Shown piece after piece: positions 1 to 7,750 of a stretch of 64,000 nt of DNA. The notes under the pieces are model-generated. The model did not search any database, was not told where the DNA came from, and saw only the letters and a program-made list of their open reading frames with translations. This stretch comes from Candidatus Azotimanducaceae bacterium (lineage in GTDB: Bacteria; Pseudomonadota; Gammaproteobacteria; Pseudomonadales; Azotimanducaceae): the NCBI GenBank assembly GCA_965243175.1, contig OZ251532.1:2041464-2105463 (forward strand), given 5' to 3'. The position numbers were made by a program, and so were the translations under genes. Within the stretch, counting starts at the first letter, position 1; each line of letters begins with the position of its first letter.

Positions 1-220
1 AGACGGCCTCGACGATGGCTTCCACCAGCGCTTGGTTGACCGGGTGGCCAGCGAAGGCGCCGTCCAAGTCGACCACGTGGAGGCGTCGGGCGCCCAAGTC
101 CTGCCAGTGGCGCGCCATCGCCGGCGGGTCGTCGGAATAGACGGCCGCGGAGGACATCACGCCTTGGCGCAGCCGTACGCAGCGCCCCTCCTTGAGGTCG
201 ATGGCGGGAATCAGCAGCAC
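1..220 (-). CDS. hisA: HisA (ProFAR isomerase), 5' part; the gene runs off the left edge
   Basis: Reverse-strand translation from GTG 218-220 gives [32 protein letters not shown]...[10 protein letters not shown], the canonical HisA N-terminus. It starts 14 nt after the hisB stop. Confidence 0.8.
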   Translation of the reverse strand, partial: MLLIPAIDLKEGRCVRLRQGVMSSAAVYSDDPPAMARHWQDLGARRLHVVDLDGAFAGHPVNQALVEAIVEAV

Positions 221-234
221 GCGCTTGGCGGACG

Positions 235-843
235 CTACAGGGCGCCTTTCGTGGAGGGGGTGTCCTGGGTGCGGGGATCGCGTTCCGCGGCCATGCGCAG
301 GGCGCGTCCGAATGCCTTGAACACGGTTTCGGCCTGGTGGTGGGCGTTGACGCCCTTGAGGTTGTCGATGTGCAGCGTCGCCTGGGCGTGGTTGGCGAAT
401 CCCTGGAAGAACTCGCGGAGCAGGTCGACGTCGAAATCGCCGACTCTGGCTCTGGCGTAGGCGACGTCGTAGGAGAGGCCGGGGCGGCCGGAGAAATCCA
501 CCACCACTCTCGAAAGCGCTTCGTCGAGGGGCACATAGGCGTGGCCGTAGCGGTGGATGCCGCGCTTGTCGCCAAGCGCTTCGGCGATGGCTTGGCCGAG
601 CGTGATGCCCACGTCCTCCACGGTGTGGTGGGCGTCCACTTCCAGATCGCCCTTCGCTTGGATGCGCAGGTCGATGCGGCCGTGGCGGGCCACCTGTTCC
701 AGCATGTGCTCGAAGAAAGGCAGGCCGACAGCGATTTCGGCTTTGCCTTCGCCGTCCAGGTTCAGGGCGACAGCTACGCTCGTCTCCAAGGTTTTGCGCT
801 CGCGATTGGCCTTGCGCTGGGGCGTTGCGGAATCTTCGCTCAT
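235..843 (-). CDS. hisB: Imidazoleglycerol-phosphate dehydratase
   Basis: ORF 235-909; start moved to the internal ATG at 841-843 (MSEDSAT...). Motifs [32 protein letters not shown] and [17 protein letters not shown] are typical of HisB. Confidence 0.95.
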   Translation of the reverse strand: MSEDSATPQRKANRERKTLETSVAVALNLDGEGKAEIAVGLPFFEHMLEQVARHGRIDLRIQAKGDLEVDAHHTVEDVGITLGQAIAEALGDKRGIHRYGHAYVPLDEALSRVVVDFSGRPGLSYDVAYARARVGDFDVDLLREFFQGFANHAQATLHIDNLKGVNAHHQAETVFKAFGRALRMAAERDPRTQDTPSTKGAL

Positions 844-1250
844 TGCGCGAGCCGGTCGGCGAGGCTGCCGTAGGGGAGAAAGCGGTTCTTGCTCACGGAC
901 TTGATCCACGGCGTCAGGTCCTCGGGATACGCGCCGCGTTCGCGCAGCAGGCGGGCGATCTGGATCACCGGCGACTTTGCGCCGGCATCGCAGCCGGCGA
1001 TGGCCTCTTCGGCGAGCGTCAGCACGCGCAGCCAGCGGACGAGGCGCGGCGAATCGATGGGTTGCAGCCAGTGCTGGCGAGCCGATGGTTCCGCTTGCAC
1101 GACGTCGCGCAGGTGGTTGGCGCGCTCGTCGCCGAGTTCGCGAAGGGCGGCGCTGGCGTCATCGAGCGCAAGCGCCGCGTCGTCCAAGGCGCTCGCGTGA
1201 ACCGGTCCGAGAGTAGCGGACGGGTTCCACGCGCCGACGGTCGCGCTCAT
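840..1250 (-). CDS. Hypothetical protein, translationally coupled to hisB (ATGA overlap)
   Basis: ORF 840-1364 with likely start MSATVGAW at 1250. The stop overlaps the hisB ATG. No family recognised. Confidence 0.45.
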   Translation of the reverse strand: MSATVGAWNPSATLGPVHASALDDAALALDDASAALRELGDERANHLRDVVQAEPSARQHWLQPIDSPRLVRWLRVLTLAEEAIAGCDAGAKSPVIQIARLLRERGAYPEDLTPWIKSVSKNRFLPYGSLADRLAQ

Positions 1251-1260
1251 ACTTGCCCCC

Positions 1261-2382
1261 GTGTCCATGCGCGACAAGTCTAACGCAGCGGCGGAGCGAA
1301 GCGGTCTCGCGCCGCCGTGCTTCGCGGAACGGCTGCTCGCTTGGTGGGACGTGCATGGGCGCAAGAATCTGCCTTGGCAGAAGCAGCGCTCGCCGTATCG
1401 GGCGTGGGTTGCGGAAGTGATGCTGCAACAGACCCAGGTGAGCGTGGTGATCCCCTACTTCGAGCGGTTCGTGGCGCGGTTCCCGACTGTCGGCGCGTTG
1501 GCGGATGCCGAACTCGACGACGTGCTGCATCTGTGGAGCGGCCTCGGCTACTACGCCCGTGCTCGCAATCTGCATCGTGCAGCGGGAGTCGTCGTTCGGG
1601 AACATGGCGGGGCGTTGCCGAGGTCGGCAGAGGGCATCGCGGCGTTGCCCGGAGTCGGTCGTTCCACCGCTGCGGCCATTGCCGCCCAAGCCTACGGCGA
1701 ACGCGCCGCCATTCTGGACGGCAACGCGAAGCGCGTCCTCGCTCGGTGTTGGCGGGTGGCCGGCGCAGCGTCTTCGGCGGCGACCAACAAGGCGCTGTGG
1801 GAACTCGCGGAAGCCTGCACGCCAGCGGACCGCGTGGCCGACTACACGCAGGCCATCATGGACTTGGGCGCGACGGTGTGCGCGCGACGCAATCCGCGTT
1901 GCGGCGAATGCCCCATGGAGGACGCCTGCGCCGGGCGGGCCGAGGGCGATGCCGAGCGGTTTCCGATGCCCGCGGTGCGCCGCTCGAGGCGTTTGGAGCG
2001 GCGGCGCTTTTTCGTCTTGATCGACGCCCGGGGCGACTGCTTTCTGGAACGTCGTCCGCCGCATGGGATCTGGGGCGGGCTGTGGTCGCCGCCGGAGCGT
2101 TCCGCGTCCACATCGGCGGTGGAGTTTCTAACGGGCCTTGGCGGCGATGAGCGACTGGTGCGCCGAACGCGGGTGGCACCGTCCTTCAAGCATGGCTTCA
2201 CCCACTACGACTTGGACGTGCGGCCGGTTTATGTGTGGCTGAAAGCGCGGCCGGGGCTTGTGGGCGATCGCGAGGGAGCGTGGATCGATCCCGCCGATCA
2301 TCGACTTGGCCTTTCCGCTGTTGCGGCTAGACTCTTGGCCGCGGCCGCCACCTTCCGACTGGAGCCGAACGATGGAACGTAG
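1261..2382 (+). CDS. mutY: A/G-specific adenine DNA glycosylase
   Basis: LLAWWDVHGRKNLPWQ, PYRAWVAEVMLQQTQV, GLGYYARARNLH, PGVGRSTAAAI, and an Fe-S cluster loop CxxRNPRCGECP. Confidence 0.93.
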   Translation: MSMRDKSNAAAERSGLAPPCFAERLLAWWDVHGRKNLPWQKQRSPYRAWVAEVMLQQTQVSVVIPYFERFVARFPTVGALADAELDDVLHLWSGLGYYARARNLHRAAGVVVREHGGALPRSAEGIAALPGVGRSTAAAIAAQAYGERAAILDGNAKRVLARCWRVAGAASSAATNKALWELAEACTPADRVADYTQAIMDLGATVCARRNPRCGECPMEDACAGRAEGDAERFPMPAVRRSRRLERRRFFVLIDARGDCFLERRPPHGIWGGLWSPPERSASTSAVEFLTGLGGDERLVRRTRVAPSFKHGFTHYDLDVRPVYVWLKARPGLVGDREGAWIDPADHRLGLSAVAARLLAAAATFRLEPNDGT

Positions 2383-2644
2383 CGTCTTCTGCAGAAAGTA
2401 CCAGCGGCAACTGCCCGGCCTCGACGCGCCGCCGCTGCCGGGTGCTGCTGGCCAGGACCTCTTCGAGAACGTCTCCGCCAAGGCATGGCGGGAGTGGCGG
2501 CACTTGCAGACCATGCTCATCAACGAACACCACCTCTCGATGGCCGACCGCAGCGCACGCGAATACTTGAGCGAGCAGATGCGGCTCTTTCTCGCCAACG
2601 AGGAGTACGAGAAGCCGGCCGGCTACGTGCCGGAGGGCGAATAG
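2372..2644 (+). CDS. yggX: Fe(2+)-trafficking protein YggX
   Basis: MERSVFCRKYQRQLPGLDAPPLPG...WREWRHLQTMLINEHHL. It sits in the classical position downstream of mutY, with an 11-nt overlap. Confidence 0.9.
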   Translation: MERSVFCRKYQRQLPGLDAPPLPGAAGQDLFENVSAKAWREWRHLQTMLINEHHLSMADRSAREYLSEQMRLFLANEEYEKPAGYVPEGE

Positions 2645-2780
2645 GGGTCTTCTCCTACATGCGAAAGCAGGGATTTCCTACATCCGGCCGGGCCAATCTC
2701 TCTAGAATCGGCGTTTCCGGCTGGCCAAGCTATGTGCCTCGCTACACTTCGCGGCTTGGCGGTCATGGTACGGTTGAAGC

Positions 2781-3617
2781 ATGAAAACGCAGCGCCAGTA
2801 CGAGATCAACGGCACCCGCGTTCGTCGTCCGGTTCGGCCCAGCGCCAAGGCCGACGACGGTCTGTATCGCTACGTGCCAGTGCCGCCCGTGGGCTACGAC
2901 GAAGACGGATACCCCGTTGAGGACGGCATGTCGCAGAACCGAGACCATCAGCGGCAGACCTCGCACTGGTGCAGCGCGCTCACGCTGCGCTACCCGAACG
3001 CGACGGTGTGTTCGGACCTGATCATGCCCTACGAACGCGGCGACAAGGAGAAGGTGGCGGTGCCGGACCTGTTGGTGGCGCTGAATGCGCCGCTGGATGT
3101 CCATCGGCGCTCCTACAAGCTCTGGGAGAACCCGACGCCGGACCTGGTGATGGAGATGATCTCGCCGGACAGCACTTGGAAGGACGATGTCGGATCGAAG
3201 TACCGCACCTACCAGATGCTCGGCATTCGCGAGTACTGGCTGTTCGATGCGACCGGCAAACGCCTAACCGCGCCGGTGGTCGGCTACCGGCTGTGCGGCA
3301 AGGTCTATCAGGAGATCTCGGAGACCGAAGGGCGGCTGGAGAGCGAAGTTCTGGGTCTCGACCTGTATGTGCGCAACGGCGAACTGCGATTCCACGACCC
3401 AGAGACGGGGAAGGATCTGACGACCCACGCAGAGTCCGAGGCCCAACGAGATACCGCTGAGCAACAAGCCCAAGACGCCAAACGAGAAGCCCAGAACGCC
3501 AGGCGAGAAGCCCAAGACGCCAGACGAGATGCCCAGTCCGCCGAACAACGAGCCCAGACCGCCGAAGACGAGGTGGAACGCCTGCGGGTGCTGCTCGAAC
3601 AGAAGGAATCCAAGTAG
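2781..3617 (+). CDS. Uma2-family (DUF820) PD-(D/E)XK endonuclease with a C-terminal coiled-coil tail
   Basis: PDLLVAL...PDLVMEMISP...K..Y...GIREYWLFD core, followed by LRFHDPETG and a heptad-repeat tail (AQDAKREAQNARREAQDARRDAQ). Confidence 0.8.
   Translation: MKTQRQYEINGTRVRRPVRPSAKADDGLYRYVPVPPVGYDEDGYPVEDGMSQNRDHQRQTSHWCSALTLRYPNATVCSDLIMPYERGDKEKVAVPDLLVALNAPLDVHRRSYKLWENPTPDLVMEMISPDSTWKDDVGSKYRTYQMLGIREYWLFDATGKRLTAPVVGYRLCGKVYQEISETEGRLESEVLGLDLYVRNGELRFHDPETGKDLTTHAESEAQRDTAEQQAQDAKREAQNARREAQDARRDAQSAEQRAQTAEDEVERLRVLLEQKESK
3466..3570 (+). repeat. About five imperfect 21-nt tandem repeats (unit like gaagcccaagacgccagacga) encoding the heptad tail of the Uma2 protein
   Basis: Direct reading of 3466-3570. 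Confidence 0.6.
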
Positions 3618-3705
3618 CGGCCCTGCGCTCTCGGTGCCGCTTCCACGCTGCGGCTGGCTTCCCACATGTCGCCAACCCCTCGGCAGCTGGGCCGGCGCAC
3701 TGCCC

Positions 3706-6069
3706 TCACCTTCCGACGACGCCGCTGCCCACGAGTTGCTCCACCTCGCCAGCCGGCAACTTCAGCAGGTCGTGAAGCACACCCTCGGTGTGTTCGCCCA
3801 GCAATGGCGAGCGGCGAACCGCCGGGCGTTCGCCTTCCACCAGCACCGGCAAGCCGGTGTAGCGCCGGGTGCCGGAGGTCGGATGCGCGAGCGCTGGGAA
3901 GAACGACGTCTCGCTCGTCGCCATGTCGTCGCCGGTCACCACGCGGGAGGCGTGTACGCCAGCAGCGCGCAGGGCGGCTTCGGCATCTTCGACGGCCAGT
4001 TGCCGCGCCCACTCGCCGAGGGCCTGATCAATCGCAGCCGCGTTCGCGATGCGTCCGGCCAAAGAGCGGAACGACGCGCCAGCCAAGCGCTCGTCGGCAA
4101 CCACTTCGGCAACCTCTTGCCACTGCGCGTCGTCCTCCACCGCCAAGGCGAGCCAGCGTTCGCGCCCTTCGCCATCGTCGGCGCAGCGATAGCAGCCGTG
4201 CGGCGCCATGTCGTGGCTGCCGTTGCCTAGCGGCACGACATCCTCCGCGGCGTAGAACTGCTGCACGTAGCGGTCGCCGATGAGAAACGCCGCGGCTTCC
4301 ACTTGCGTGGCGTCGATGAAGCAGCCTTGGCCGGTTCGATCACGACGCATCAATGCCGCCAGCAACGGCACCAGCGCCTGCTTGCCGGCGATGTGGTCCG
4401 GGTGGTTCAGCGTGGTGCCCACTGGGAAGGGATCGTCGGGGTGCGACCACTGGTGGGTCACGCCGGAGAAGGTTTGCAGGTTCGGGCCGTAGGTTTGGAA
4501 GCCGTCGTAGGGGCCGCTCCCCAGCCCTTGGCTGCCCAGGTAGACGACGTCCGGGCGGATCGCCTTGGCACCGCCGTAGTCCAACCCCCAGCGCGCGACC
4601 ACCGAGCCGCGCATGTTCTCCATCACGATGTCGCATTCGGCGGCGAGTCGCTGCACCACCGCCACGCCTGCCGGCTTCGACATGTCCACCGCCAGGCTGT
4701 GGACGCCGAGGTTGAGCTGGTTGAAGGTGGGGCTGTTGTTGACGTCCATCGCGCCGGCCATGCCGTTGCGCCGCAGGAAGTCCACGTGGACCAACGATTC
4801 CACCTTGACGACTTCGGCGCCGAACAGCGCCAGCAGCGAGGCCGCTTCCGGCACCACCGCGCCGACGCCGAGTTCCAACACGCGCACACCAGCCAGCGGC
4901 GCCTCGCTGACGGCGGGTGCGTCGCTCGATGGCGTTGGGCGGCTGGCGGCTTGGGCTCGCGCCGCTTCGGTGTCGGCGCCGAGCGCGGGCGCGGGAGCGG
5001 GTTCGGCTTCGAGTTCCTGCGGCAACAAGCGCAGCGGCGTGCGCACCCGTTCCATCGCGCCGAACTCCGGGTCGTCCACTTCGCGGATGATCTGCCGAGC
5101 GCGAACGTGCGGGTCCTTGCGAAACGCGCTCAACGTGTTCACCGGCGAAATGGTCAGGCCCAGCCGCTGCCCTTCCATGAACAGGTCTTCGGTGGAACGC
5201 TCGCGGATCAGCTCGGCGCACAGGAGCTTCAGCGCGTCGGCGTTCTCGACCCGGAACTGCGGATCGCTGAACGGGCCGTCGACGATTGCCTCCGGTTCGC
5301 CGAGCAGCTTCACGAAGGCGGCCCACTGCTTCGGAGTGCCGGCCAGAATGCGCGCGTAGCCGTTCTGGGTTTCGTAGATGGGGAAGCCGTTGGGACCCAG
5401 TCGAGCGGTCAGCGTACCCTGGCCAGCGGCCTGCATTTCGTAGGCATGCAAACAGCGCGTCCACGGCGTGATGGCCGACACGGCGGCCTCGTGGTACGGA
5501 ATCTCGAACCGCGCGGTGCGTCGCCTCTCGCCCGCCCGCTGCGCTGCGAAGAGGCCCATCGCCGCCATCACCGCGGCGTAGACGCCAGCCCCGTCGAGCG
5601 CCAACCACGACGGCGCGTTGCACGGCGGCTGCTCCGGCCAGCCGCTGGACGCCATGCCGCCACTCGCCGCGAAGCCGACGATGGACGAGACGCCAAGCCC
5701 CAGTTCATCGGTCACCGTCGCCGCCACCTTCGGCTGCGCGCTCGCAACGCAATCGTGAAACGGCGAACGTTCCGCATCGAAGACGACATCCGCCTGCGCG
5801 CAGAGACCAAGCAGCAGGCGCTGGTCGTCGCCGCTCGCAGGGTCCAGCACGACGCTCTTCTTGCCCGCGTTGCGGGCGAGGAAGGCGATGCTGCCGCGAG
5901 TGGATTCGCCAGCGTTCGGAACACGCGGCAAGCGCCTGCGTGTCGCTCCGCCGCCCGGCGGCTCGACCAGCCAGACATCGGCACCCAAGCCAGCGAAAAT
6001 CAAGCCAGCGTATTCAGTGTGCGGGTGCGCGATCTCAACGACCTGCACGCCATCAAGCAAACCAGCCAT
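3706..6069 (-). CDS. Family III CoA-transferase (CaiB/BaiF type), two tandem transferase modules in one 787-aa protein
   Basis: N-terminal LDGVQVVEIAHPHTEYAGLIFAGLGADVWLVEPPGG and an internal LAGVRVLELGVGAVVPEAASLLALFGAEVVKVES both match the CaiB N-terminal signature. Confidence 0.85.
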   Translation of the reverse strand: MAGLLDGVQVVEIAHPHTEYAGLIFAGLGADVWLVEPPGGGATRRRLPRVPNAGESTRGSIAFLARNAGKKSVVLDPASGDDQRLLLGLCAQADVVFDAERSPFHDCVASAQPKVAATVTDELGLGVSSIVGFAASGGMASSGWPEQPPCNAPSWLALDGAGVYAAVMAAMGLFAAQRAGERRRTARFEIPYHEAAVSAITPWTRCLHAYEMQAAGQGTLTARLGPNGFPIYETQNGYARILAGTPKQWAAFVKLLGEPEAIVDGPFSDPQFRVENADALKLLCAELIRERSTEDLFMEGQRLGLTISPVNTLSAFRKDPHVRARQIIREVDDPEFGAMERVRTPLRLLPQELEAEPAPAPALGADTEAARAQAASRPTPSSDAPAVSEAPLAGVRVLELGVGAVVPEAASLLALFGAEVVKVESLVHVDFLRRNGMAGAMDVNNSPTFNQLNLGVHSLAVDMSKPAGVAVVQRLAAECDIVMENMRGSVVARWGLDYGGAKAIRPDVVYLGSQGLGSGPYDGFQTYGPNLQTFSGVTHQWSHPDDPFPVGTTLNHPDHIAGKQALVPLLAALMRRDRTGQGCFIDATQVEAAAFLIGDRYVQQFYAAEDVVPLGNGSHDMAPHGCYRCADDGEGRERWLALAVEDDAQWQEVAEVVADERLAGASFRSLAGRIANAAAIDQALGEWARQLAVEDAEAALRAAGVHASRVVTGDDMATSETSFFPALAHPTSGTRRYTGLPVLVEGERPAVRRSPLLGEHTEGVLHDLLKLPAGEVEQLVGSGVVGR

Positions 6070-6163
6070 GCACCCTCCTTGAAGCCCGAGCCCATCCTAC
6101 ACCCGAAGCGATGCGCCCACGTGGCAGTTACTGTCAATCGACTACTAATCACTGTCAAATTCA

Positions 6164-6996
6164 CTAGGGCGTGTTGACACTACTGCAGGGCATCGACGAT
6201 GAGCGCCAGATAGACGAACGAAGCGAAGACGACGTCCAGCTTGTCGTAGCGCGTGAATATCCGCCGGAACCTCTTCAGTCTCCCGAAGAGGCGCTCCACT
6301 TCGTTGCGGCGCCTGTAGATCCCCTTGTCGTAGTCCCACGGCTTCTTGCGGTTCTCCTTCGGCGGAACCACCGGCATCGCGCCCATCTCCTCCACCAGCG
6401 CCCGCGTCTCGTCGCCCTCGTACGCCTTGTCCATCGCCACGTTCTCCGCGGTCAGCGGAGTCGCCGCCAGCAGCTTCCTGCCCTCCGGCCTGTCTCCCGC
6501 CTGCCCGCCCGACAGCGAGAAGTTCACCGCCGTGCAGGCGTCCGCCGCGATCGCGTGGATCTTCGTCGTCCATCCCCCGCGCGACTTGCCGATGCTTTGC
6601 GCACCGTTTTTTTTAACGCCCCGGTCCCATCCGGATGCACCTTCACCAGCGTGCTGTCCAGCGACACCGTGTCCCCTTGGCCGCCGACCACCCCGAGCTC
6701 GCGCAACTCCTTGAAAATCGCTGCCATGACGCCCTTCTTCGACCACCGCTCCCAACGCCGGTACACCGTGTTCCACGGCCCGTAGCGCTCCGGCAGCGCG
6801 CGCCACTTGCACCCGTTCTCCAGCACGTAGAGCATCCCGTTGAGCTGCGTCAGCGGGTCGTGCTTCACGTTCCCCCGCGGCCGCGGCAGCACATGCTTGA
6901 TCTTCTCGAACTGCGACTCCGTGATCTCCATGACGACCTCCTTGTCGTCTCAAATCTCCACGCCAATGTACCACGCGTTATGTCAACACGCCCTAG
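6164..6996 (-). mobile_element. IS5-family insertion sequence (IS427/IS1031-like), about 0.83 kb
   Basis: Perfect 16-bp terminal inverted repeat: ctagggcgtgttgaca (6164-6179) and tgtcaacacgccctag (6981-6996). The outer CTAG could instead be a 4-bp target duplication. It encloses a two-frame transposase. Confidence 0.85.
6180..6931 (-). CDS. IS5-family transposase OrfAB, needs a -1 frameshift on an A8 run
   Basis: OrfA (6524-6931) reads MEITESQFEKIKHVL...GCKWRALPERYGPWNTVYRRWERW. OrfB frame (to 6180) reads ...GGWTTKIHAIAD...MDKAYEGDETR...RNEVERLFGRLKRFRRI. The frames join at the T8/A8 run 6607-6614 (GALKK|NGAQS). Confidence 0.85.
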
Positions 6997-7082
6997 CAAC
7001 TGCCTTGCACGCTATCGCGATCCAAAGCCGACGGGGCCGTCCGCCTGCGGAACGCAAACCCCGTTGACGCGCCCGGCGCCGA

Positions 7083-7288
7083 AGGAAACCTGGGCGCTGA
7101 CGATGCGCTGGCACGATCCGGCGACGGCCACGGACATCCCGGACTACGACCAGTCGCGGGCCGAAGCGCAGGCGGAGCGCACCCGGGCGGACGCGGTGGA
7201 GCACGAAGCGCGAGCCCGCACGGGAGCGGACCAGCGCAGGATCGCCGAACTGGAAGGACAGCTTCGGCGGCTGCGCGAGGGGCGTTGA
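7083..7288 (+). pseudogene. C-terminal fragment of a second Uma2-family gene (N-terminal part missing)
   Basis: TWALTMRWHDPATATDIP...AEAQAERTRADAVEHEARAR...IAELEGQLRRL parallels the LRFHDPETG plus coiled-coil tail of 2781-3617. The PD-(D/E)XK core is absent and the IS lies immediately upstream. Confidence 0.5.
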
Positions 7289-7322
7289 GTCCTCTGCGTG
7301 GCCGTTCAGCACGGCTGGCTCT

Positions 7323-7366
7323 TGCGCTTGACAAGCGCGTTGGGAGAGAGCACTCTTTGCGCCGTT
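7323..7366 (+). promoter_or_regulatory. Conserved about 44-nt box (copy 1) with TTGACA at 7328-7333, upstream of precursor A1
   Basis: tgcgcttgacaagcgcgttgggagagagcactctttgcgccgtt aligns with 10667-10710. The flanks are not conserved. Confidence 0.4.
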
Positions 7367-7481
7367 CAACTCGGCGAGCCGAGTGGCGAGTGCGCCGTGA
7401 GGGATGCGGCGCGGTGGCTGTTTTGGCAGCTAGGCCAGCAGCTGGGAGCAGCTTTCCTTAAATCAACGCGAGGAGTACGCT

Positions 7482-7684
7482 ATGAATTCCCCCCCCCCCC
7501 CCCCCCTCAGAAAGCCGAGGACGACAGCGGCGACGTAGCGCCGCACGAAGCCGCTGCGGCAGAAACCAAGAAGAAGCCGTGGTCGAGGCCGACCTTCCGC
7601 GCCATCGACGAAGTGACGATGTCGGCGAGTGCGCCGGCTCCCGACCTCGCTGAGAACACCGCTTACTATCCACTGTCGAACTGA
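7482..7684 (+). CDS. Putative RiPP (lasso-like) precursor peptide A1; the ATG frame and the conserved peptide frame differ by -1 inside a C18 tract
   Basis: SD GAGGAG 6 nt before ATG 7482, then the C18 tract. The conserved frame reads ...PPPPPPQKAEDDSGDVAPHEAAAAETKKKPWSRPTFRAIDEVTMSASAPAPDLAENTAYYPLSN* and is paralogous to 10810-11027. Confidence 0.6.
7489..7506 (+). repeat. Homopolymeric C18 tract
   Basis: Counted directly. Confidence 1.
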
Positions 7685-7750
7685 GTGGTGCGGCTAGCGG
7701 CTTCGGCAGCGGCTGGACTCCAGCAGCAACGCGGCCAGAGGCGGTCTGAG

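Noticed and set aside
7298-7684. The 128-aa ORF from GTG 7298 as the real precursor gene
   Set aside because: The 61 codons upstream of the poly-C tract are not conserved at protein level in the paralogous copy, where the same frame has no ATG, GTG or TTG before 10959. A good SD+ATG sits at 7482. The upstream part overlaps the conserved promoter-like box, so it is more likely 5' leader RNA than coding sequence.
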